From contig NC_042997.1 in the NCBI RefSeq assembly GCF_006345805.1, positions 10,850,001 through 10,914,000 of the forward strand: a stretch of 64,000 nt of DNA, in the 5' to 3' direction. The notes below the pieces were generated by a model. The model saw nothing but the letters and a program-made list of their open reading frames with translations. It was not told where the DNA came from and made no database searches. Source of the stretch: Octopus sinensis. Taxonomy: Eukaryota. Position numbers and translations under genes: made by a program. Shown here in pieces: positions 39,728-51,205 of this stretch (within the stretch, counting starts at the first letter, position 1; each line of letters opens with the position of its first letter).

Positions 39728-40410
39728 TACAGTTCTATATTTAAGAGATGAGGAATTAAGTACATTCTTTACATTAGAAGGATATTTGTCCTCATCTTGT
39801 TTGTTATTAACACAATATTTCAGCTGATATACCCTCCAGCCTTCATCAGATATCTTGGAGAAATTTCGAACCTGGGTTCACATTCCTAACTCTTACTTTT
39901 TACTCTTTTACTTGTTTCAGTCATTTGACTGCGGCCATGCTGGAGCACCGCCTTTAATCGAGCAACTCGACCCCGGGACTTATTCTTTTTGTAAGCCCAG
40001 TACTTATTCTATCGGTCTCTTTTTGCCGAACCGCTAAGTGACGGGGACGTAAACACACCAGCATCGGTTGTCAAGCAATGCCAGGGGAACAAACACAGAC
40101 ACATAAACACACACACATACATATATATACATATATACGACAGGCTTCTTTCAGTTTCCGTCTACCAAATCCACTCACAAAGCATTGGTCGGTCCGGGGC
40201 TATAGCAGAAGACACTTGCCCAAGATGCCACGCAGTGGGACTGAACCCGGAACCCCGGAACCATGAGGTTGGTTAGCAATCTACTTACCACACAGCCATT
40301 CCTGCGCCTAAGGTATTTTTCAATATTATTATTATTCAGGTCGCTACCTGAAATTGAACTCGGAATCTTGGGGTTAGTAGCCCGCGCTCTTAACCACTAT
40401 GCCATATACC
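39728..40410 (-). mobile_element. Second copy of the tRNA-head/hammerhead element, interrupted by a SINE-B insertion (~39890-40308)
   Basis: The tail at 39728-39889 resumes after SINE-B as taaggtatttttcaatattattattattcagg..., followed by the head at 40337-40410. Confidence 0.8.
39809..39854 (-). ncRNA. Family D hammerhead motif, minus-strand copy
   Basis: GAUAU-CUGAUGA-A-GGCUG...CAGCU-GAAAU-AUU-GUGUU; stems are retained through G-U pairs and the stem III palindrome reads AAUAUU. Confidence 0.6.
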
Positions 40411-40482
40411 CATAATAATAATAATAATAATAATATCGAAAAATACCTTAGGAATGAGAACCCAGGTTCGAAATTTCCCCAA

Positions 40483-40525
40483 GACACCTGAAGAAGGATG
40501 GAGGGTATATCAGCCGAAACGTGTT
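40483..40525 (+). ncRNA. Family D hammerhead motif, probably inactive
   Basis: GACAC-CUGAAGA-A-GGAUG...CAGCC-GAAAC-GUG; a 3-nt deletion puts G at the cleavage position. Confidence 0.5.
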
Positions 40526-42758
40526 AACAACAAACAAGATGAGGACAAATATCCATCAAATGTAAATAATGTAAATAATGAACCGACTGAATGAATGAAA
40601 ATAGACACAGACAGATAGATAGATAGACAAAATAGGGTTTTGTGAATGATCGTTCCTCCGAAATTCTGCTCCCCCTTATCAGAAAGTATATAAAACCAGA
40701 TTCAAGAGTATGATGGGAGTACACAAACATCACCACGACCACCCCTGCTCCGATTTACAATTTACACATATTTATACATGTGAAGGGTTTTCGTTTTTTT
40801 TTCATTTTTAGCGCGGGTGCCACTGACTTGTGCGTGTACGTGCGTCCGTCTGACTAGTGCGGGTGCGCGCGTCCACTGACGAGCGCGTCTGGTCCACTCT
40901 TCTTAAGTTGTACCTCTGTCTCTTTTACAGGAGTACCTATCGCCCAACGAATACAGAGTATTTAGCAGGGCAAGTTTTGTTTGTTTGTAGTCAACAATTT
41001 TCTTCGTTTACTGCCAGAGGTTATGTGTGTGTTTGAGTGAACCTTATGAATTTTATTGCCCATCGTGCTAGAAATAACATTAAAAATTACGGGCTTGCGG
41101 GAACTGTTGAAGTAATATACATACATATACACATACACCGAGTAAAAAATTTCAGTTATCTCTTTCTTTCACACATTACTGTCTCTTCACACACACTAAC
41201 AGAAGCACTTCACTTACACAACATACTGTCTGTCTCCCACACCCCATCAAACACACACATGTACATCAATGCTTCCCATGCACGGTAACTTCAAAAGAAC
41301 TTCCCTCGTCATACAATCGCTTTCTCTTAGTCTCTTTCGCTCTCATTACTTCAAAAGTTCCCGCAAGCTCATATGTAAAAAAAAAATTTTTTTACGGAAA
41401 TCGACGGAAAGATCTACTAGAGACGAAAGATTGCCATTATAAACATGATTATATTTCATCCCCTAACATTTTAAAAAATAGCAGTAAAATTATAAGCATG
41501 GTACAGCATAGTTTGTGCAATGACAAAGTAATGACAATCGCTTGGTGAAAAAAAATACAGGAGGTGGGATACAGGGGAGATTACTCTAAAATAATATAGC
41601 AGCAGTATATAAGGGTGATATAACCGGCTTTGTACCCACGACCTGAATTCAAATCTGACTTTGATTTCATTCTTAGTGGCCGATTTAATAGAAGGTACCC
41701 TTTTGCCCATTGGAATCGTGTCCCATACAAATACGTAAATAAACAAAGCGAGAACTAAATTGTTAAAATTACGGTTCCCATTCATTGAGAGAATAAAATC
41801 TAAACTAGTCCATAAATATAAACAAAACTATGTTTCTTCATTTGGCGCTAGTGAATAAATGTCCTCTTTTATTTATCGAATCCTAATCTTCATGAGGAAA
41901 TGAAAATATAAATATAAACAAATCGTAGTTTGGTTGAAAAAAAAATTAACTAATTGCATAAAGCATTTTAAACAACGACAATTCCATTAATACATCCTTC
42001 TTGTTTTTGTATGAACATGATGCAATATAACTTGATTTAAGACGAAAGTGTAGTTTGAAGGAGACTTGGATGTTGGACGAACTAGAGGTCCCCTTCGTCG
42101 GTTCGGGTCATTTTATTAGGGTTATACAACACAGATAATTGGACTGAGGAACAGATGAATGGATCCAATACCAGAACTTGTGCATATACTTAGTAACGTA
42201 ACAACAATTTCGATAAGGCACGACGTTAGACATGGAAGTAATATCAATATTGGCGATCTTTCGTCTCTAGTAGACCTCTACTAGAGACGAAAGATTGCCT
42301 CAATATTAAACATGGAACTAATATTAATAGAAATCAACATTAAACCAATATACACTTGTAAATAATGTTAAAATGATACTGAAGAAAAACCTTTTTACGG
42401 TAATGATGTTTTTAAAATGCCATATCAAGTTAAACGATACACTCAGTTATGTTCTATGTATCATATTTTGTACACTTAACTATTTCATCAGTACCCCTTA
42501 ATTTGTTTTTTTTTTTCTTTGTATATAATAGAAACAGAATTTCGCAGTTTATTTCCGAAACATTTTTTTAATTATTGGGAACAACGTAAAGGTCAGGTCA
42601 TTGGGAATAACGTAAAGGTCAGGTCGTCAGAACAGTTATATAAACTAAACGACAGCAAAAACATTGATCGGCAATACAAACCATAAAATATTTTAACTGT
42701 TAGACATCGTAAAGTGGAGTTTAGTTCGTAATTTAATAATCACTCTTTTAATTCTTAC

Positions 42759-42780
42759 CTTCTTTTCGACAATAACTCAT
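42759..42780 (-). CDS. CHCHD4: CHCHD4/MIA40 coding exon 1 (MSYCRKE + G)
   Basis: The minus strand reads ATG AGT TAT TGT CGA AAA GAA G|gtaag. This matches the metazoan MIA40 N-terminus (MSYCRQEG in human, from memory). Canonical donor, phase 1. Confidence 0.93.
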
Positions 42781-42839
42781 GTTCGCGTAGAAAATGGGCC
42801 TCAAACCACGCTAGTAATTCACATGGCAAATTGAAAACA

Positions 42840-42852
42840 GTGCGCATGCGCT
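42840..42852. promoter_or_regulatory. NRF1/EWG-type palindrome TGCGCATGCGC about 60 bp upstream of the CHCHD4 ATG
   Basis: gTGCGCATGCGCt matches 11 of 12 positions of YGCGCATGCGCR and lies in TE-free sequence next to exon 1. Function is inferred. Confidence 0.55.
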
Positions 42853-44199
42853 ACTCATTTCGTTGTGTCTTAATGATTAGAAGTAGTGGTAGTAGTGGTG
42901 GTATTCGCCGGTAGCGTACTTTTATCTTATAACAAACATTCTGTCAGAATCCACTTTATTATTCATTCAGGAGATAAGTCTGAAAGCGCAAGTTGACTCT
43001 GAAAATTTGAATAGTTATCTTTTTCGTTTTCGGATCTAGTCTTAGCTGGCATTAAAATGAAGTTAAAAGCATTTAAAGTTACGTATTTTTAGACAATGAA
43101 TTTTAAGCCACTATACGCACCGTAGAAGTGGAAATTGTTGTCATGGCAACTCCGCTTCATTAATTAATTCTGTTGATAACTTTTCTACTCTAGGTACAAA
43201 GCAAGAAATTTGTGGGGAGGGGGCAAGTCGATTAGAACGACCCTGAAAGAATGAAAGACAAAGACGATCTCGGCGGAATTAGAACTCAGAATGAAAAGAA
43301 AGACGAAATACCTATTTCTTTACTACCCTCAAGGGGCTAAACACAGAGAGGACAAACGGATTAAGTCGATTACATCGACCCCAGTACGTAACTTGTACTT
43401 AATTTATCGACCCTGAAAGGATGAAAGGCAAAGTCGACCTCGGCGGAATTTGAACTCAGAACGTAACGGCAGACGAAATACGGCTACGCAATTCGCCCGG
43501 CGTGTTAACGTTATTAATTCTGTAGATAACAATTAAGTTTTGTGAAAAATTAGTGATTGGTGCGGTTTAAAAAATTATTGGATCTTTTCTGTTCTTACGC
43601 TGAATCTGATGTTATTCACTCGTCCCAGAAAAAAAAAAAAACAGGATTTGGAAGCTGGCATTTTCTGCGTTATAATTTTTATTAAACATAGTGAAGGTAA
43701 TATATTATGACGAATTGTGGAGGCGCAATGGCCCAGTGGTTAGGGCAGCCGACTCGTGGTCGATTCCCAGACCGAGTGTTTATTGAGCGAAAACACCTAA
43801 AAGCTCCACGAGGCTCCGGCAGGGGATGGTGGTGATCCCTGCTGTACTCTTTCACCACAACTTTCTCTCACTCTTACTTCCTGTTTCTGTTGTACCTGTA
43901 TTTCAAAGGGCTGGCCTTGTCACGCTGAATCTCCCTGAAAACTACGTTAAGGGTACACGTGTCTGTGGAGTGCTCAGCCACTTACACGTTAATTTCACGA
44001 GCAGGCTGTTCCGTTGATTCGGATCAACAGGAACCCTCGTCGTCGTAATCGACGGAGTGCTTCACTATTATGACGAAGAAAGTTGTAAGAAATTTTGTAA
44101 TTTTAATATGTTTAAATGAATTAAGTCAAGTGAACCGTTTGAATGAACAGACAATATAAATAGGAAAAGTTATCGATGAATTTTTCTGCAGCTATGAAC

Positions 44200-45386
44200 T
44201 TCGAATGCCCCGTTTCAGCCACGTCAACATCGACCTTGTTGTCCCCCTACCACCTTCGCAAGATTACTCATGCTTACTAACTTTGGTGATCCGCTTCACT
44301 CGTTGGCTTGGGGCTATCCCTCTCCATAGTACGGAAACACAAGAAATCAATCGCGCCTACATCACAAACTGGGTTGCCCGTTTCGGTGTCCCAGACAGAA
44401 TTATCATCTAATCGGGAACCTCAATTCACCTCGAAACTGTGAAATGACATGTACGACATTTTCGGTTTATCACGATGAAACACACAACAGCCTACCATCC
44501 CATGGCCAACGGCTTAGTAGAGAGATTTCACCGCCGCTTGAAGGAATCACCCTCACAGACTTAACGGGCCCAACTGAACGGTCAATTTCCATGGGTAATA
44601 CTGGGAATCCGCACTGTCTCTAAGGAAAACCTCAACACTTCTTCCGCGAAAATGGTGTACGGTGCCGAGAGAGTTCATTCCACACGCAAAATCAGATCCA
44701 GATGTCAAAAGATATCTCGCGCAGCTGAGAGAAAGTGTGAGCCAGTTACAACCTATCCCCATATCAATACATCGTACACTTAGATCATCAGTACCAAATG
44801 ACCCCCCCCAAGGCGAAGTTTGTGTTCGTTCACCGGGACGCGCGACGAAAACTCTTTCAGTCACCTTATGGTGGCTAATATGAAGTGATACATCCGGAAG
44901 ACAAATCGTTTCAACTCCTGACTGATGAACGATACGACACGGTTTCCATCGATAGACTGAAGCCAGCCCATCTCGATATTGACAGCCCCGTCCAAGTAGC
45001 TCCACCACCAAACAAAGGCTGCCCTAGGCAAATCACACCAACCCCGGACAACGAATAGTCGCCAAAGAGCTGAGCAAACTACACGCACGATCAGGGTGGT
45101 TAAAACACCTTCCTGGTTCTAATGACAGTCAACAGTTCTGGGGGTGGGGCGAGCTATATATAGGGCACCGTCCAAAGACTGTAGACAAGAACTTCACTGC
45201 GGTCTAACTAGTAGTAAGCTAGTCGGCAGCAAAAAAAGGACTTCCGATTAGGCGAGAAAAGGGGACTGAGACGTTGGACGGTCGATCGTATTCACCTTCG
45301 CAATATGTAGCTGAATAAAGCAAAAACAATACACTGACACACTTATAGATGGATATGTTGTATTTCATCTAATGTGACTCTACTCA
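44200..45386 (+). mobile_element. Gypsy LTR retrotransposon 3' remnant: integrase, PPT (~45140-45153) and probable 3' LTR (~45155-45386)
   Basis: FSHVNIDLVVPLPPS, RFTRW..AIPL, WVARFGVP, TTAYHPMANGLVERFHRRLK and VSIDRLKPAH; purine tract gggggtggggcgag; AATAAA in the putative LTR. Confidence 0.9.
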
Positions 45387-45887
45387 GAAGGCTGTAATAT
45401 CATTTGACAGGAGCACGGTATAAAGAAATACATGAAAGAAAGTGGTAACTTTAAATGTCTTTAATGCCGTCCACACGTATATATACACAAACTGAATGAT
45501 AAATGGAAGTGGTTGATGGACATTTATTCATATATCTACACGTATCTGTGTGGGTTGTATATTTGCTGTTAACCCTGGTGAGGACACTCGCGAACAGCGA
45601 TATGTTAGAACCTGTGCAGTGTTGTCGGTGTTGTGAAGATGTTGAAGATGTTGGTGAGAGACATGATGGTGGCGACGAAGATGGAGGTCGCTGTAATGTG
45701 GTCAGTGGTTAGACCTTCTAAGGTCTAACCACTGACCACATATTGGGGCGCGATAGAGTAAGAGACAAATTGCACCAATACCAACCAATCAGAGTGGTAG
45801 ATACAACGGGGTCCAAAACAGCGCCCAAAAGTTAGCTTTTACCTGCTGCGTTCGTATGCATGTATATATATATATATAATATATATA

Positions 45888-45975
<88 letters not shown>

Positions 45976-48739
45976 ATATATATATGAATTGGAGCATAAT
46001 TGGAGCATAATTAAAAGAATTGAAAAGTGAAAGCCAAACAGAAAAGATGGGTACGTGTTGTTAAATATACCAATAACAATAAGTTATAGATCCACATAGA
46101 TTATCGGTGTCCAGTCAGCATCCAGCATAGTGGTTAGTTATAACACTGTACTTAGAGAAATAATAATGCGATATTCGTCATCAGCATGCAAAACTACATC
46201 TGTTTGGAAAATTTGAAAACAATCCATAGAGAATTAAAATTTTTCAAGTGATTGGAAGAAAACGAAAAAGCTTCTGTGAAATCGATACAAAAATGCATCA
46301 AAATTTTCTGAAAAATAGTAATAATGATAACAAGATAAGCTGCCAAAAACTTGTGAAAGAATAGAAATATAAAATTAAACTTTCCCAAATACCTTTCCAC
46401 AAAATATGAAGGTTGTTCTTTTTCCAACTGAATGATTATCAACATAAGTAAAGTATTAGTTATGCATGTCGAGTATGTAAAACAATAAAAATATACCGAA
46501 GCATACCTATATTCTAAAACTAGGTTGCGATATCTCTAATTAAAACTAAGCAGAGGTGTTTTTCATAGGTGGAGATCAAATGTTAGGAGTGAAAAGGCGA
46601 TTCAGACTCTTTGTTTGTCTTATCAGAAGATAAGAGGGTGGAACAAGAATTTCACTAATACAGGGCAGGGAGGGAATGGAGTATGAAATTTTATTCCCAC
46701 GAGTGTTCCGGACCGCAGTAATGAACTCATTTGCATACAGCCAATCAGAGCTCACCTTGACCGTGTTGTCAAGTTAGCAAACACACTCTACCAAGTAAAC
46801 TCAAGACGAAGAACAGTGTTGTAAGTCGACCGATCGCCAAGTTATGTCTGATTTTAGGAGACAAGTAATTAGATAGATTGACATTGATACCTATTATCGG
46901 ATTTTGTTAGGGCCCCATATGGAGAAAATGTGGGTAGATGGTGATGTGCTACAAACCCTCACCCCTTACTGTTTTACAAAGTAAACAACAACAAAAATAA
47001 CTACGCAGAGGTAGCCATGGTTGAAACAAGCATTATTAAAAGAGAAAAGAAGCATAGTCATTCCTTACCCAAATGACCATCACTTGATAGTTGAGCTCTG
47101 ATTGACTATATGCAAATGAGTTCATAACTAGGGTCCGGAACGCGAGTTCCGGACCTCAGTAAAGTGCTCATTTTCATACAGCTAACCAGAGCTCACCTTC
47201 ACCTTGTCAAGTTAACCAATGTTGGCATTCAAAATAGCGACCTCCGGTTACCATGCGACTCTTGTATTGTGCTCTCATTCAGATGCCAATATCATTGACG
47301 CTGAACTAAGTTTGAATTACTATAGCAATCAAAGATAATGTTTTGGGCGAATATGAAAGTTCAGAAACTGCTTGAATGTTTTATAAATACATTGTTGTTA
47401 ATATTCTAAAAATAGCATTCCGCCGAGGTCGATTTTGCCTTTCATCCTTCATCGATAAATTTAAGTACCAGTTGCGTACTGGTGTTGATCTAATCGACTG
47501 GTCCCCTACCCCAAAATTTCGGGTCTTGAGTAGAAAAGAATATTTATAAATAACCTATTTCTTTACTACCCACAAGGGGCTAAATACAGAGAGGACAAAC
47601 AAACGGATTAAGTCGATTACATCGACCCCAGTGCATAACTGGTACTTAATTTATCGACCCCGAAAGGATGAAAGGCAAAGTCGACCTCGGCAGAATTTGA
47701 ACTCAGAACGTAATGGCAGACAAAATACTGCTACGCATTTCGCCCGGTGTGCTAACGTTTCTGTCAGCTCGCCGCCTTGTAAATATTTGTAAATAACGTG
47801 TTATGTCTCCAGTAATTTTATTTCATGTAAATAATTTTTAGCGCACCTTACAACCACCAGTGTTTAATGCAAATGCGATAAACACATTACAATTTTTTAA
47901 CAGAAAGATGTAGAAGAATTAGATGAAAGTTCTTCGGTAATTTTCTTTCATGCAAATAAATGTTTATGTTAATTTAAAAGAGAAAAATAGTTCGTTTTAA
48001 ATCTCTGAGCCAGATGTTAACTAATAAACTTTAATTTTAAAAACTTATCAAAAAATATCTTATTTAGCTGTTATTTTTAGCACACCTCACAGCCATCTCA
48101 ATGCTCAAATGACAAAAAGAAACAAACATTAACCTAGACGGAGCGGTTGCTGTCTGCCAGTAGAGAAGGAAAGAGTAAAGAATGCACGGTGCTGATTAGA
48201 ATGGAAGAAAGGATACGCAAAGAGTTCATTACTAGGGTCCAGAACTCTAGTGGGAAAAAAGTTTTCGCGGGACAGCCCGCTCCTGTCCAATGTTAGTGAA
48301 ATTTTGGTGATGTCAATTTGAAAACCCTTGAATTTGACAAAGGCTGAAGGCTCAGTGAAACTAGCCCCTCCACTTTTTTATTCATTTTTTTCCCGTTTTA
48401 CCTTGTATTTCTCAAATAGATTTAGTAAATTTGTTTTATGCAGTATTGTATTTTTAATATCATTCATTGAACTGTAGCCATACTGTGGCACAAGCGTTTT
48501 AATCGATTATATTATTCAGAACACTGACTGATATACTGAATAAAACATAAAATATGTTCTAATTTAAGAATTTTAAAATGTATACAAAGAAGCAATTATC
48601 TTATCAAAATAAATTCTATTTGTTACAATAATTCAGTGAAAAGGAATATATTTTACAAGAACAAAAATAAACAGTAAGTAAATGCAAAGAAGCTTGCAGA
48701 AACATTCTGACGGGTCGAAAATACATTTCCATTCTCTGC

Positions 48740-49250
48740 ATATCTACGATGAAGCATTTTATGCTTTAGTTTGTGGTTCTTCAGCAAGTGCTCTGCTATC
48801 CTTCCTATGTCTAACTTTGTAGCCAAATTTAGTTACAAACCCAAAACATCCCTTATCCTTTTGAAATACTGTACCCTCACACTCCTCATAAATCACTTCC
48901 CAGTCTTTAGTACCTTCTTATAACACAGTTAAGTAAATAATCAGTACTCTCTTTTTCAAGTCAGGCCATGAGTCAGAATGTTGCTAAGTTATTTCAATAT
49001 GGTTTCAGAACAGGAGCAAGTTTTCCAAATCCATCTAAACCTTCATGTCATTGATAATTAGAGACATGTGAATGACTATACAATTGGGGTTTGAAGTTTT
49101 CTTCGCTTACGCTTCCACATTATCATTTCTCGCCTACTTTGTGAAAGACTGTAGAGTCCACCTTGAAATTGAATCTCGTTTCATTAATAATGATACATAG
49201 ATATTTTAGTGTGCTTGTAAAGATTTTGAAGACTTGGTATTGTCGCCAAG
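48740..49250 (-). mobile_element. Highly degenerate L2-like LINE 3' fragment
   Basis: LKYLCIIINETRFNFK and a GRR/RTTN/SF-like C-terminus, with many stops. Confidence 0.4.
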
Positions 49251-49297
49251 AATATTCGGCAAGGGATGACTTTTTTGCAACCAAAATATGCTCCAAC

Positions 49298-50144
49298 ATC
49301 TAAACCATCTGAAAAGTACTGTAGGTTTCATTAAAAATATCGATTTTTCTAAAAGTTATGAAAAAACAAAGTTGACGGTAGTGTGAGGGGCACACTCGTG
49401 TAGGTATGCCTAGATGACATTCTTAAAGGCGTTAATAAAATATAGTTTATCTAATGTATTATAATGTTAAACGTGTCGATTCTGGCGATCTCCATGGACA
49501 ACAACATCCCTAGCACTCCGTCGGTTACGACGATGAGGGTTCCGGTTGATCCGACCAACGGAACAGCCTGCTCGTGAAATTAACGTGTAAGTGGCTGAGC
49601 ACTCCACAGACACGTGTACCCTTAACGTAGTTCTCGGGGATATTCAGCGTGACACAGAGAGTGACAAGGCCGGCCCTTTGAAATACAGGTACAACAGAAA
49701 CAGGAAGAAAGAGTGAGAGAAAGTTGTGGTGAAAGAGTACAGCAGGGATCACCACCACCCCCTGCCGGAGCCTCGTGGAGCTTTTAGGTGTTTTTGCTCA
49801 ATAAACACTCACAACGCCCGGTCTGGGAATCGAAACCGCGACCCTACGACCGCAAGTCCGCTGCCCTAACCACTGGGCCATTGCGCCTCCAGATAACATC
49901 CACACTGCATTGATAATAGTTAGTGATGTCCCTTGAGTTCCGTTGTCTGAGGTTTGCGGAGGACGATAGTCCATGGAGATCGCCAGAATCGACAAACTAT
50001 ATTTTATTAACGCCTTTAAGAATGTCATCTAGGCATGCCTACACGAGTGTGCCCTTCACACTACCGTCAACTTTGTTTTTTCATAACTTTTAGGAAAATC
50101 GATATTTTTAATGAAACCTACAGTACTTTTCAGATGGTTTAGAT
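49298..50144. repeat. Long inverted repeat (176-bp arms) with SINE-C inserted in the spacer; related modules continue to ~50660
   Basis: Arm 1 is 49298-49499 (with a 26-nt insertion) and arm 2 is 49969-50144; about 3 substitutions by eye. Confidence 0.92.
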
Positions 50145-51110
50145 TCCAATTATATAAGAAATTTGTTGTGAAAAAGTTTTCCAGGGAATCGGGAGAGGAA
50201 TCTAGTAATTTACCTGAGTGGGCTTTTGATTCCTCATAACGTTCAGAAAAATGGGTGTTTTTTTCTGAAATTTTCTACAAATACCTTTCATATGGTGCGA
50301 TTATATATTACGATTATATAGGAATTTATTATGGAAAGAAAAAAATTAATAGGCTCGCACACACACACACACACACACTAATACGCATCACATATATCTA
50401 CAAAATGAAATTTGAAATTATGAAAAAATTGTGGCATCAATATGTATGTGTACCCCCCCCCCACACACACACACACACCGCATTAAATTCCAATAAATCG
50501 TAATCCATAAATGAAATTTTCTACAATACTTTCCAGATGGTTTAGATTCCAATTATGTAAGAAATTTGTTATGAAATTTTTTTTCCGGAGAATCGGGAGG
50601 AGTATCGGAAAATTTTCAGGAAAAAATACCCATTTTTCTGAAAGTTATGAGGAAACAAAGTTGACATGTGTGAATTTTCCGAAACTCCTTTCACCAACTC
50701 TTGGAAATCCCAACAAAAAAATTCGATATAATCGGAATCTGTACTATCTATATTTGCAAAAGATTGTTAAAAAGTATCTGTTTCTGAAAGTTTTGAGGAA
50801 ATAAATTCAAGGGACACACTTCTGTATGTATGTCTATGATCTACTCATTGAAATGTCAATTTTGATTACCTCATTCCATATTTTGCACTTTTGGCCTTAA
50901 CTTTTCCTAAGATCAATCGATCCCTAAGATGTTTTAATTTCATAGTCTATAAAATGTTCTAGGAGTCAATTAACCTGCACGTGTAAAGTGGCGGGGGGGG
51001 GGTGAAATCAATGGTCTAGAGTTATGTCCCTTTTTTGCTAGATATTTTGTCTTGGAGCACGTTGTTTAATGTTGAAATCAGTTTTGACGGCTTTTCAACT
51101 TCGATCTACA

Positions 51111-51205
51111 ATGAGTATATTCGTTTCCCAGTTCAATCCACTCCTGGGGAAGAATGAATGGGTGTTACAAGACGAAAATTATGATTATCACCAAGAAATA
51201 GCTCG
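51111..51205 (+). CDS. PRMT7: PRMT7 coding exon 1 ([31 protein letters not shown]+CG); possible in-frame extension from ATG 51069
   Basis: Matches the PRMT7 N-terminal NPxxGxxEW...YDYHQEIAR motif; donor CG|gtaag, phase 2. Confidence 0.93.
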
